A DNA stretch of 64,000 bases from Phoronis australis (lineage: Eukaryota > Animalia > Phoronida): the NCBI GenBank assembly GCA_002633005.1, contig NMRA01000382.1:124425-188424 (forward strand). Reading direction: 5' to 3'. Below are positions 51,221-64,000 of the stretch, one piece after another; positions within the stretch are counted from its first letter, which is position 1, and each line of letters opens with the position of its first letter. Position numbers and translations under genes: made by a program. The notes beneath the pieces were generated by a model. The model saw only the letters and a program-made list of their open reading frames with translations, was not told the DNA's origin and did not search any database.

Positions 51221-54200
51221 TTGGTGTTTATTACTGAGCGTTCTGTTTCAAAATGAATTATTCTCACCCTAACCAATAATTATATTAAACTGAAACAAAG
51301 TCTGTCTCATTAGATGCAATTTTAATGCCTTTGGAGTGTTCGTAAGTGCAAATGATTTGAGAAGCCAGCAGTAAAGAAATCATTGCGTCAGTGCCGGCTT
51401 TAATTAGGTACAATAAAACTAATTGGCGGGACACCGAGGCCGTGTGAGCTCATGGTAATTTAGTGTTTACTGGCAGAAAATATTGTGAAACAACTCGATT
51501 GCCATCCCACAGCCAGCTGTTAGGGGAGTCTTTATTTACATTTACTTTACTTAACTAATGATTGTCAATGTACAACTTCTTCCCTGACGGTGCTGTGGCC
51601 AAAGCGGGACCTGAATTCGCGGCCCCCGACGAGTAAGTAGACTCAGTTTCGTGGTTAATTCACCAACACAATCACGTGAACATCACTTTAGCTCACTAAT
51701 TTAGTATTTTCTTGACTGGAAGTTTAGTTTATGTTCGTGATGTCTGATCAGTTTCCGAGCCACTGGCCGGGATAACAAGCGTTTTGTGTTTAGAACTCAA
51801 AAAATCACAAGTCTAAACAACACAGATATAGGTTCTCCTGTCTGTATCTCACGGAAATTATCTCCGAACACACCCAAGCTTCTGCTACGGACCTTATTGG
51901 CCTGCCGAACTTTGTAGGCTACGGTGTATCCGTAAGAGCGAAATAAAACAACACGTTTTTATAAGAACTCGGTGTAATTTTAAGGGTTTTACATCGAAGT
52001 TTGATGATTTATTGGTGTTAAACGATGACTTCAAGCGATCAGCTGACACCAGTAACCCGTGTTGTGAACTGTTGAACAGACTGCGTGTAAAACCTATGAC
52101 GTCATTGGATAATTTCAACACCTCCGTCTGCCGTCAGGTGTCAGGTAACGCAACCGTACGTGTCGTTATGGAGTAGAACTACTCGATCTAAATTGATACA
52201 AATTAGGTTGTTTTTTGGGTGGCATGCTCCTTTGATGACGTCAGGTGCATAGTTCAACAATAACAATGTGACGCATGGTGATGCGACATCAATGCTGATA
52301 CACAGTGTATACCTTAGACGCAACTGGGGCCCTGTGTTTTTAACGAACTTTCATTGTAATTGAATAAATAAAATGTTGAGTCTTTTTATCAGACACTATT
52401 TGAACTATAAATGAAAAGTTTCTTACATCCATGGTGATATCAGATAATACACAAACAATACATTAACTAATGATCGTAGTTCAGGGTTTTGTGTTATTGA
52501 AATGAGGATGGTCTCAGTCTCAGGTGCAAACACAACGCGCCCTATCAAAACAACATAACGATTGCATCCTCCCAGTGACACTATCTATAGATCGGATACA
52601 TCTGCTCGTGCAGTACATCTTCTGGGTGAAACAGGACATACCGTCTTTGCAATATTGACCCATTAGGTAAAAGGCAACGCCTAGAAGAATACAGACTTGC
52701 CGTATTCTTTTGGCAAAAAGCAAGAGCATCACGCTCAGCAATCCCTCATCAACAATGGATCTGTTTTGTTTAAACGCCTCACTGGCTCGTCTCTTGATCA
52801 GTTAAATTCTGGAAAAAACACTTCATTTTCTTTTCATTATATAAATAATCGTAGTTTGTGGCCATCTTTAACAATTCTAATGTCGGTGAGGCAGCGGTTA
52901 ATCAGTGCGCAGAAGATATTTCCCATAACCAAGCCTCAGATGGCCAAGACCCATTAGTTACAACTTGTGGCTTGAGACGAAGATGCAGATGTTCCGATAG
53001 ACCCCTACAGGTGATTGAGGCAACTGGTAACAGGCACATAATGCACATGTTTGGTAGGAAAAAATACATAGCATACAAGATTATTTTATAATCGATTATG
53101 AACAAAGTAGTATCAGGGCAGTTTTTGGAAAAGCGTCTCCTACAGAGTGCCATTATTTTTTCAAAAAAGGATTCACTGAAACCTTCAAAATAGTGGATTT
53201 TGCCACAGAAATTCAAAGTGAGCATACTTGAAAATAAATGTATAAAATTGGGTCATTAAATTATTCACTCAAGGTCCTTTAAAAGCATATTACTCATCTG
53301 TTACCAGCCCACTATTCATACTAATAAAAAACATTCAAACATGTGTTCTTGGGCTCCCAATTTTGTTGCAAAATTGAGGTACAGGTCTTGAAAAGAGATT
53401 GAAGTGATGGATGAAAATTCTTAAAAAGAGACCATTTACTACATCTCTTCAAACCAGACTCATGGCCTAAGTTTCAGTGTACTCACTTAAGTGTTTCTTG
53501 GTTTTATAATGCCGGCAGTTCAAGCTGTGAAGTTTTTCCGGTACGCGTATTTTACGGCAAGGGGTCTTGGAGAATTTTTATTAAAGTGTGGCTGATGCTC
53601 TTGTAGGACAGATCAACGATTTAGTTGACATCGGAGTTACTGACTTTCACTTTACACGTATGCGCAATCGTATTAGAACCCAGTGTATTCCTGTGAAAAG
53701 TCCCACAATGGACAGAGCTTGGAACGGTTTATTTCTGTTATGAAAAAATGTGGCACAGTTTAATTTCTCTTGAGAAAATGCGCATGGATATGAAGGAAGG
53801 TCAAGCTGTTTTAAATGGTAAACTGTGAACTTATGCATCTGGAGATCCGAGGGATTTATGCCCACTGTCTCCATTACCTTTGATTTCGCGACATGATGTC
53901 ATTTCTGCGCCGTATGCAGAAGTTAATGAATACACCAAAGACACCTGTCTTGATGCAGAAATTATTTGCAAAAGTGAATCACGTTCTTGTCTACTAAGCA
54001 AATTAACATTTTAGAGACGAACATCTTTTTGCTCTGTGTGGAAGATATTTGTATCTCAAATCTAGTGCGTCTTCTAGTAGTGCACTACACTTGTACTAAG
54101 CTTGACGATATTGTTATCTTTACGTGCACACCTCACACCTAATCCTCTTGACTACTTAGAACAGCGGTTTCAAAATCACACCGTCTTTTTCTTCAAATCC

Positions 54201-54974
54201 ATACGAGCACTATAATTTCACTCATATGATATAGTTTTGTGAAGTTAAAATAACTGCATAGAAGTAATGTATTGACCCAAGATTTTGGGCTTAACTAAAC
54301 TGTTTAACGAATAATAAAACAATGTTTTTGAAATATTATTGTTTCTATCAAGGAAGCCAGTGATAACATTGCTGCAGGAGAGAGTGGCGACAGTGGCGAT
54401 TTGCTTTGTTTAAAATTTCGATATGAACTTTTGTCCAAAATAAATTAACTATTTCACATTCACAAGTGTTTCAAAATCTCTTACGATTGTCCACAAAATT
54501 AACATGAGTCGTCATTCATAACTTTGATAATTTTTGATAATGAATTAGTAGTCAACACTCTCGTCAAGATGGAATACTCATCTTCACGTGCAAAAAATGT
54601 ATTTGGGTTCAATGCTTTGGTCCATTTTGACTCCCCTTTTGAGACTTCGCAACTATAAGTTAATTGTGAAGAAATTTGTCGACACCCTCAGCCACCACTT
54701 ATCAGTTTCATTAGAATCGTTGGCATAACAGGACAATACGCTTCAAAACTCGTCCAATACCACATTTCTTTTGGTACTTGATTATAACTGAAATTAGACT
54801 ATCATACTCTATAAAGTTCGTGTTGATACCTTTAAGTCCAATACCCACAAGTTGTTAACCCTTATTGCATGGCTGCAGGATGTTATAAGGATAAAACAAG
54901 TACCTACCCTGTAACCAATATACAATCCGTAATCGAATAAAGCTTAAATAAACGCGCCACTCAGGATTTGCACC

Positions 54975-55170
54975 CGAAGAACACGCCGCCATTTTGAACA
55001 AACCCCGAACCTGAGAATAAAATTCATTCAGGAACCCAAGCTAAGAAAATGCCGTCAGTGCGACCTGTTACCAGCCTGCAAACGGGGGTAAAATACTCGA
55101 CAGCGCGCCTAAATTTTAATAAAGTCAGGAACCGGGAATTTTTTACACAGTCGTTTCTGATTGGCTGGAC
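54975..55170 (-). promoter_or_regulatory. Possible promoter or 5' end (CCAAT box and YY1-type AAAATGGCGGC)
   Basis: ctgattggctg at ~55157, gccgccatttt at ~54985, local CpG enrichment and a possible donor near 54907. No downstream exons were identified. Confidence 0.25.
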
Positions 55171-55420
55171 AAACTCTCATCAGCTGGAGCTTAAATTCAC
55201 CAAAATGCCATGACGAATGTAAGAAGTGTAACTGTGGAAAAAGTTTGTTGTCGGTTGCACAGAAAAATCGGTGCTTAATTCATTATTAAGAAATTTGAAT
55301 CGGAAAGTTGTGGTTGTGCACTTTTGGAGTGCTTTTTGTACTGTCGCTGACTTTTCTTTGCGTTGCTGTCCAGTTGTATTCACACAGTCATTACGAATAA
55401 CACAGTTATTAAATCTCCAG

Positions 55421-55821
55421 GGCCCGGTCTCCAATCTTTTTACTCGAAATGGAACTCGAAATTAGGTTTGGCATTTTCTACTCAACTTTTGGGCGAACTC
55501 AAGATAAGTGTCTATTAATCTAAGCTCGAGTGTACAATAACTTCCGTAGATAATTTATTGTCCTTAGTTCACAGTTTGTAAACCCAATATTAAAGCAATA
55601 AGTTCGAGTTTGAACACGAAATTTCGAGTTTTTAATCGAGCCTGTAGCACGAATATAAGGGTTTTCAAGGGCAAACTTGAACTAGAAACTCCTGTGCATA
55701 AACTATAATGTATTCGAGCACAGTCTAATAACCAATTATCTTAAGTTCGCACAAAAGGAGCAGAGAAATTGCCAAAAATAGTTTCGAGTTCGTTTCGAGT
55801 ACAAAGATTAGAGACCGGGCC
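55421..55821. mobile_element. PIF/Harbinger-like MITE
   Basis: ~40-bp TIR GGCCCGGTCTCYAATCTTT.TACTCGAAA.GAACTCGAAA, flanked by CAG and CTG (CWG target). Confidence 0.85.
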
Positions 55822-56204
55822 CTGATGTCTGTGCATTGCACGTGTTTCAAGCACGCAGCAAGTCAACATTACTGCAGACAAGGAATATTTTTTTGCTTGC
55901 ATGACAAGGCTTAAAACCTTCATAGATTGCCATTTTCTATTTTGTTGTAAAGCTAACCATAGACTGCCGAGGTTACATCAACCAGTGACAAAAACATGCT
56001 ACTGAATGATACCCGCGTGTTCTCTGACCCTAGAACCAGCAAGGTATCAAATCAAGCCGAACTTTATTATTTATCTTTCGTTTTGTCATATTTTTTATCA
56101 AGCGAAACTTTTGAGGTAAAGTTTCAGAGAACGAGCGATTATCTACTACGCTGATTGAACACGTTATGGTATACATGTACGACTGTACAGGCATCGAATC
56201 GAGA

Positions 56205-58850
56205 ATGATGTCGATAAAAAAAAAACATCGCTGGGTCTTGGTTAATCTTATCGTACTCAAGCTGTTAACGAGAAATTCAATATCTGAGTTAAAACACGTT
56301 AAGAAATTAAACGTTTCTGTCAATTTGATTGATATTAACCAGTATTGTATTGCCTTAAAGGAATGGCTGATGCCATAGTTAATCTATACAGCAAAACAGG
56401 AGCTTAAATCAGCTTCCGTGATATCAATAGCGTACGTCAACACCGGTTTTTCCAGGTTGTTCGAGAAATGCACTGTCCAAGTATAAGATATTTCTGAACG
56501 GCCCGGTTAGCTTATAAGGGCATTACTATGCGCGTCTTAGACTTGACTCAATTTCAATGTCTCGTTTTTCCCCTGAATGTTTGGCCGCAGGTACATGTAC
56601 ATGTAGATGTGACTGACCGGTGCTATCTTTTGGTGCGATAATATTCACCAGTTTCGAGCTGTCTTTTAACAACAAAAGTTGATTAAATATGGATTGTTTA
56701 TTCGTGATCAGGAAACGTGGACAGAGCAGAGGATAATTGTTTTAAAATCCAGGTATGCAGTGTGTTCCACAAACGCAATGGTTTGACCGACCGTTTTTCT
56801 TCGACTCGTATAAGCCAGGCTGTTACAATTACCAGTCGAATGTGACAGCACTTGTCTCCGGTGAAACTTCGGACCATGGAATCTGCAGATTATGGTGTGG
56901 AACAGCCAACGGCTCGGTGAGAACCTCTGTTATACAGGCACAGTTGAAGTGATGCACGTGCAAGCCATCTGATGTCCAGTGCCAGGTCACATGAAACAGT
57001 TCATGATAGGGACCCAGCTTAGTTTTCTGATTTGTTCCTGTTTTGCATGTTTCACAAGAGAAATACGTAGTAGATTTAGGAAATATAGCTGAGTACCTAT
57101 TTATGACTGTTTCATGCAACCAAGCACAAGAGTTTGCAACCATAGAATGTCAAATGTTTTCAAGTGTATTTAACCATGAGATTTCTGGACGGTTGACTTT
57201 GAATGAATGGTCTTAGCCGCCATAAATAAGGAGGGACCATACCGTGGTCACAATTCCTGTAGGCAGGACAAAAGTAAATCACGATAACGCGTCAAGGAGA
57301 AAATAATTGAGTGTACTAACTGTTTCGTTCTTATTCGTAATTTGTTTTTCTGTTTTGTCTGTTTCAAAACTGTGTTTTGGTAGGTGTGACTCAGAATTAA
57401 ATGCAACTGTGGCAATCATTGCCGACATACACTGGTACAGTACGCATAGGTGTCCAACAACACGTTTCAGGAATTCAGACAAATCAAAAAATATTCAGTG
57501 GCCTGCATTTTAAATCATGAGTAAACGGACTAAGTCAACAAGTAAAAGTAAGCATTTTGGGAAATAAAACAAATTCAGGGATTGTAGAAATTTGTTTTAC
57601 ACCCCTTTAATGCTCTTTAATGCTATTCTTAAAACACGTTACCACACATTTTTGTCAAAGTTTCAGGGCAATAACGGTACATTTATAGATATTTTAATTA
57701 TTTTGTCAATTTAGCCCACAGTATGCAAATGATTTTCGACTTCCCGTTTAGTTTTATGTCTATTTCAAATTAGCTCGTAAAGCGTAAGGTATTTTGTAAA
57801 AACTAACAATTGCAGGCCTACTGTTTCAACTGCGGTATTTTAAAGAGAGCGCGATTGAAAAAAAAACAATATACGCAGGGTAATTTACCCACCCTACATC
57901 TTACGCTATCACCGAATAAATTTGCCGACCAACAGACCTCTCTCTGATCAAGCATATGCAAATCAAAATGAATGCACTTGATAGATTTTGACCAATAAAA
58001 CGGCAGTTCGATAGACAATTTACTGATCTCCTCAACAAATAATTACAATTACACCGACGAAAAGCTCAGCGAGAAGCTATTCGTTATATATGTGGTATAG
58101 TGGTTGAAACTATCAAGCTTGGCACAGAAAGAAAATTCTGTGTCAACTTTAGTTCAAGGGTTGGTTTGTCTAAGGTATCTTGCAACTGGCAGCTTTATGA
58201 ACGTGGTCGGTGACAGGTTACGCCTCTAGGGTGACCTTCTGACGGGTCTTTTCTGACACGTTACGAGTCATCGTATGTATTGCGTCAGAGATGACTCGAA
58301 ATGTGATTCCGAAGTGTGTCATGTTACCGCCTCATTACTATGAGACCAATAAGATATTGTAGTTTGGACAGCGATGACGTATACTGCGATGTCAGTCAGT
58401 TTACGCCCCAACTGACCCGACACATGACTAGCCTAAAACTGAGGTCATCAGCCATTCCACTTTGCCGAATAAGGGACACGTTTGCATACACACTCGTAAA
58501 AATTGAATGAATCATATTCCCCCCTGTGGAAAATTAAATGAATCATACCCCCGCCCTGTGGACTGTAGCACCCTGCAAACGTACAACGATGGCTTTTGCA
58601 TTAGAAGAGCACGTACGGTCAAAAATGTTTTAAACGAAAAACTATTTATCCAAATAAACGAGGTCAATGCTGTGAGTGACAAGGACTGGATGATTGGGAC
58701 CTTTGTTGACAGTTGTTGAGTATTTGTAGGTTCTATTTTGCTTGATCAGTGAACATCCACCAGTAGGTAATATTGTGTTCTATGCGAGGCAGTGCTGGAC
58801 AGTTTTTATAAATTTTCTTTGTGTCAAATGCTCAGTGAAGACAGTGTATA
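56205..58850 (+). pseudogene. Receptor pseudogene copy E, with the best-preserved WSC-like domain (56755-56965)
   Basis: Signal-like MMSIKKKHRWVLVNLIVLKLL; QCVPQTQW..YKPGCYNY..GICRLWC..VIQAQLK*CTC (WSC-like Cys spacing); FMTVSCNQ (copy A FAVSCNQ); SELNATV (copy A ELNATC); NAVSDKDWMIG..VFVGSILL (TM-like); YCVLC (copy B ICSLC). Confidence 0.55.
58499..58560. repeat. Tandem duplication of a ~31-bp unit
   Basis: aaaattgaatgaatcatattcccccctgtgg / aaaattaaatgaatcatacccccgccctgtgg. Confidence 0.8.
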
Positions 58851-59446
58851 ATACAAGTGGTTTTTGTGGGAAAGTGGCGGCCTGTTACTGATTCTTTTTG
58901 AAGATCTAAAACATAAAACTCATCAATTACGTGGTAGCGTGTTAGAAATGTCTTGTCACGTGTCAGAAAAGACCCGTTACCAGGTAACACCAGTGGCGTT
59001 CCAAACCTGTGGAGAATTTCTCGCTTACACTTGTCACCGCTCTGAGTCCTTAAGCGCCAGACAACTGTTACGGTCCCTATTCAGCACGCCCTTTGTATTA
59101 ATGTAAATCTAAGCTAATGAAGTAGAAAAGACACTACTTTCTTAACAATGGTGGTCGTTATTACACTCAAATTGTTTTTCTCTGGCATTTGCAAAGAGTT
59201 AAAACCTGCAATATGGAGAGCAGTTTTAACTTGGTACATTTTAAATATTACAAAAAGACTAAAACGTTGATCTTGACAAATGGCCACTTCCCAAATGAGC
59301 GTTGGTTTTAAATATGTTTCATGTTTTGTTTCATAACTTTATTTTAATACTCTGTCTACTTGCTTTTTTCAAACCGGTTAGGGTTGTTATATTTGTATTT
59401 TGTGTTTAACCGGAGCATAAAAAAACTTAGAAGTCAGTTGNTGGCG

Positions 59447-60710
59447 ACACAAACATGATGTTTTTATTTTGGCGCCGTACATGTGCAATGTAGTTGCCAG
59501 GTGTCATTCAGTGTCACTTAACACTTAAGGTGGCCAGATCATGCATGCGCTATAAATATCACCAGACGCTTTACTTCTCAAAAAGTGCACCTTGATGTAT
59601 TTTCTTTCATTTCTATTCGACATCACAATCGCTTTACCAAAGATTTACGCACATATGCCGCATACTAGAGACGAAAACCTCCTTAGCACGTATTCACATC
59701 TTTCCGTTCAAAAATGTATTATTTTATATAATTGGTCAATGTCTTGTCGACAGAAAATATTTATATTTGGAACAACGTGTACGACCAACGAATAAGGGTC
59801 TACATGTACATTTACCTAGCCAGATTTCAATGTCACCGATGCATGAAAACGGAATGCGCAAAGCTAGAATTGGTTGTAGATTCATTCCGTGTTTGGTGTC
59901 ATTGTCTAAGTTCGTTTAAATCTTAATCATATGATTTTGTTTTAGAGCCTTCCAAGTCTATGTGTTTAGGCATAGTGGATTGTGAATTTCGCATCTTTCC
60001 TGCAAAGGTTAACACTATGAAAATAAAATCCGAGGAGTGAAAGCTTTTCCGTGTAACAACTCACTCAACATCCTATCATCTTGGGCCCGTTATAGGAGAA
60101 CCGCAAAGAACTTAAAAAACGCAAAAATACGAAGTTCAGCGTAACACAAACAAAAAGCAACTGTGGGCTAAGACTGCCAAAAACACGAGCTCTGTTAACA
60201 AAATGACTAAGGCATTGTATTGACCGGGAAACAGTCAATCTAATGCAAGATGTTAACTTAACGAGTCAAATTGAAGATCAAATGTAGAGAAAACTTACAC
60301 GTTTTGTTATCCAAAATTTGTTGCATTGTCCATAATTCAATGTTTATTATTACCGCTTGCCTTCAACCTTCGAATTACTTGCAACCGATGTGGACTCAAG
60401 TAACGAAGACATAGTAAAAATAGGTTAACTTAATTGACCCTGTGGCGAGACAAATATGTATCGGCACGAAATTTGGTATCAGCCTGACAACCTATTACGC
60501 AACTGCTATTCTAGCCTAAAAATAGCAGCAAACCAGCTGCTCGGCTGATGGCCGGTTGCCAATTAAGGTCGGCAGTAGAGTTGGCTTGAGGTTCCCTTGA
60601 GTCGGCACTGCGGCCGGCCGGCAACCGGTCGGCTAATTTGACGACCGGTCGAGAGTCTGTCGTCGACTCCTAGACGACCAGTTGAACCAAAATTGGTAAT
60701 GTGTGCTGTG
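59447..60710 (-). mobile_element. Inverted, truncated copy of the left ~1.3 kb of the 6164-11337 element
   Basis: Colinear reverse-complement match to 6164-7450 (e.g. agcctgacaacctattacgcaactgct, ccgcttgccttcaaccttcgaatta), ending gtgtgctgtg. Confidence 0.9.
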
Positions 60711-61201
60711 TGTTAAAATCATCGCACCAGCGGAAAACGAATCCGACTTCGTAAACAAGAAGAATGAACACAGTCTTAAAGTTGAGTTGATCTTTGATGA
60801 AAAAGGCAATGAATAATGTCACGCACTTTTATCATCTATGTTTCATATGTAATTGGTTTTGGGTTTCATGAATCTCCACAAGGGTAGTAATGCTTTCGAA
60901 CTTGATAGATTCTTTTGCTACGGAACGCTGACCTATTATTTACAGAAAATGTATTCCGATGTGAGCAGTCCGCGTAACTTGTTATGTCTTTTTGCCAAAT
61001 GTCTTTTCAATTCAAACCTTGCAGCCACAAGGTATTTTAGTTATAATACTAACTTCAAAGTCATCAATACTGCTGACATTTTAAAGTTTGTTTGTTTGTA
61101 ATTTATCTAAATCAATCCACACCGGCCGTAATATAATTCGTTGCTTAATTCTCAGTGGGGACACTCAAGTCCTGGCAATTAACGTGTATGTACACATATA
61201 C

Positions 61202-61204
<3 letters not shown>

Positions 61205-61248
<44 letters not shown>

Positions 61249-61275
61249 CACACACACACACACACATATATATAT
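61205..61275. repeat. (TA)n-(CA)n compound microsatellite, with a GT-rich tract nearby to ~61420
   Basis: Directly visible. Confidence 0.95.
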
Positions 61276-61559
61276 ACTAAGAGAACTATACAGATCCGGG
61301 GAAATTTTATATATGAGACCTTACTATGGGGTTGCAAAAAATTGCGGGGTATATATATATATCGGTGTTTGTGTGTATGAGTGTGTGTTTGTGTTTGTGT
61401 TTGTATATGTGTCTGTGTATTTACGTTACTGGTGAACGTGCTTGTTACTGGTGGCACTTTCACAAATCCCAGACACATGGTTTTAAAAACACACAATTCA
61501 GCTAATGAGTTAAATTTTTTTAGTATTTGATTGTTTAACATGACGTACGATCTTGCGAA

Positions 61560-62700
61560 AAGTTTACATGAATACTGAAATGCTTTATGTTTTATATTCC
61601 AGCACGTAACAGGTTTCACAGATGGAAAGACCTGCTCTTGTTATTTACATGGAGACCTCCTCTTTAAAAGCAATCTATCTAAGTCTTGCTGTAAGCTCAC
61701 CTATTTAGGTCGTAAAGACCAAAGTTGCGGTGGACACAAGACGACGTACTTAACGGACCCAATACATCCCGGTACGATTTGCAAGGCGTTGTGCGACTAG
61801 AACGTTTCCCGTACTTCGAAAACGCAAAAATCAAACATTTGCTGCTTAGGCACAACTTTTTTTACCCCACTAATGCTAGTATTACTCACCCGACCATCAT
61901 GAATTAGTCAAAACAACTTGTGCTTTGTCAATAGCTCGATTTTTTATTTTGGCTGAAGCCCAAGGTAACATGGCACAAGGGTGGCCAAGATTTTGATTTG
62001 TTGCCGTTGTAGCTTTTAGGTCTTTGAACGGATTTTCCTAAAACATGATAAAAAGTTAGTATGTTTTTTAAATACAGTATCCATTTTACGGCTTACGGGT
62101 GTGACGAAATTCCGCATTTCTATTTGCCAGTTTTTGAGGTATTCATAATTCATGGCAAAAATGACGAAGTATACAGCTTTGGTTTTGTTTGCACGTCTCA
62201 CGGTTTATCATCAACCTCAATGTTCAACGTCACCATCGACCCAATCGCTGGTTTAGCCCTCAATGTTGCATCACCTATTACATAATATGTTACCTTGATC
62301 AAGGTTAAAAGTGGCGTTTCGTGCATCTACATTAGGGCTATTTCTGAGACTGGCTATGGTTGCGGTGGTGTTGTCGCAATAGTCTTCAGGTTATGTGACA
62401 CCACTCGGTCTTCCGGTCTTGGACGTGCGTTTTCTGCAGCTTATGTAAGGTGTGTAATGCTGTTGGCAGTGCTGTTGGAACCTCGACAGGGATACGAGTA
62501 TCAACGTCGATGTCGTTTTACAAAAAGTTCATTGTGCGGTTTCTTCTTCCGATGTCGAATTCTGTGTCCATGTCTAACCTGGTGGTCGTTCTTGGTGTCG
62601 ATCTCATTCCTTCAGTTATTCCGATTAAGTTTTGCTCACGAGAGTGTTTGTACTAGATGATGGAATGAGCGAGCACTTTGAATGTTATCTTGCCTGGTCA
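61560..62700 (-). pseudogene. Receptor pseudogene copy F (Thr/Pro-rich stalk, kringle-like, WSC-like)
   Basis: EVPTALPTAL..IATTPPQP stalk; SCFRK..KSYNGNKSKS/GHPC..LPWAS..HDG..QMFDFCVF (kringle-like); SSCVHRNF; DCF..SICETCYVLEY (WSC-like). Many disruptions. Confidence 0.4.
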
Positions 62701-62744
62701 CCAACTTTGTTACTGTACTTGACGAAATGAAACTTGCCACGTGT

Positions 62745-64000
62745 CCCTTACAAAAATGAACTTAAGTTTTTTGTTGAAAACTTAAGTTTTTAGCGAAAAA
62801 ACTTAAGTTTTTGGAAAATGACTTAAATTTTAGAGGAAAAACTTAAAATCTTCCGAAAAACCTAAGTTTTTAAAACTTAAGAAAAATTAAGTTTTTTCAG
62901 GTGTAAAACTTAAGTTTTCACAAATAAACGTAACTTTCAAGTAATAACTTAAGTTTTCATGAAAACTTAAGTTTTTTGAGCTAACAAAACTTAAGTTTTT
63001 CTGATAACTTAAGTTTATCATAAAACTTAAGTTTTTGTAATTTTAAAAACTTAAGTTTTCCTGACTTCTTAAGTTTTTCGAAAACTTTAGTTTTTCCAAT
63101 TATAGAAACTTAAGCTTTCCTGACTTTTTAAGTTTTTCAGAAAACTGGATTTTTTATGTATGGAACACTTGAATTTTCAAAAAATCTAAGGTTTCTATGA
63201 AAATTTACGTTAACAAGTTTTTAAAATTTGAATATGGTGAGATGTTTAATTGTTGGTTCGAAATTTTTCCCAATATTTTCCAACACAAAGTAATTATTTG
63301 CTCATGCAAAACCCATCATCTCATAAAAATGTTGCCCGAATGTTTCCTTAATATTTATATAGATACAAACCATAAAAGGACGACTGGTTAACCTGGTCAG
63401 TACTGATTTAGTGCAATTACGTAATCATTATCGCACGTCTTTGTGAATTTAAATGTAGACGAACATCCGCTGACCAACATAGTAAGAATGCATCCAATGC
63501 TAATCCCCTGAGACACTGACCTGGTCAGTACAACCTAATCAATAGAACTCATGCAATTCTTCAAGAAAAACGTACTTATTGTGCAAGTTTCCTTTGTGTT
63601 GAGTTGTATTCGTAAGGCAGTTTTCACCGGAAGTCAACAGTTTGAATTTTATAACCGATAGTCAACTTCGAAGAAAAAGTCGTATGTTGGCTAGCCCGCG
63701 ACAATGAAGTTCATATTACTACGAACAGAGCCAACAAGAAGACTTTCAGAAGTTTTGGAAGTCAGGTTAGTGCCAGAGAGCGTTCTAAAATCGATTGGCC
63801 ACAATCGGTGGTGTGATTTCCAACGAACGTGTTGAGTTCAGTTGTTATTGTCAGCCACTCACGAGTCACGCTGTCACATACCGACATGGACTCATTTTGT
63901 GTGTGAATTATCTAAACTTCTAACACGTAATATACTTCTGGAGGTCCATCAGAGGAAGCCATAACGTTCACATAAGGCTATTACTCTATTATATTTCTGT
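62745..64000. mobile_element. Left end of a second CCC-terminated CACTA-like element, running off the window
   Basis: Starts CCCTTACAAAAATGAACTTAAG, has a longer palindromic array than the 38476 copy, and is colinear with 38476-40470 minus the hAT insertion. Confidence 0.92.

Noticed and set aside
56950-56952. In-frame TGA in the WSC-like domain read as selenocysteine
   Set aside because: It is not at a conserved Cys position, the surrounding copy has many other stops and frameshifts, and no SECIS was recognised; it is more simply a nonsense mutation.

Overview
AT-rich animal genomic DNA, probably from a marine invertebrate (inferred from the transposon repertoire, not proven). There are no prokaryote-type genes or CRISPR arrays, and most ORF-track entries are spurious. 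The only clearly intact protein-coding unit is a phase 1-1 kringle exon (3180-3461, +). Most of the window is nested DNA-transposon debris: two EnSpm/CACTA-like families with subterminal repeats, an internally deleted Kolobok (THAP transposase plus KolX), a non-autonomous Kolobok, a decayed Sola3-like transposase split by an insertion, a Tc1 remnant, and hAT and Harbinger MITEs. Between the transposons, manual translation across frameshifts suggests about five decayed, apparently intronless copies of a type-I membrane receptor gene (signal peptide, kringle, WSC-like domain, unknown Cys-containing domain, TM, tail). Other observations: a fold-back element whose arms carry Penelope-type hammerhead ribozyme cores around a tRNA-Ser-like core, a co-oriented array of about 11 CTCF-like motifs, and a strong excess of TACATGTA that behaves like a Tc1/mariner excision footprint. 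All protein-family calls come from motif recognition by eye, without database searches.
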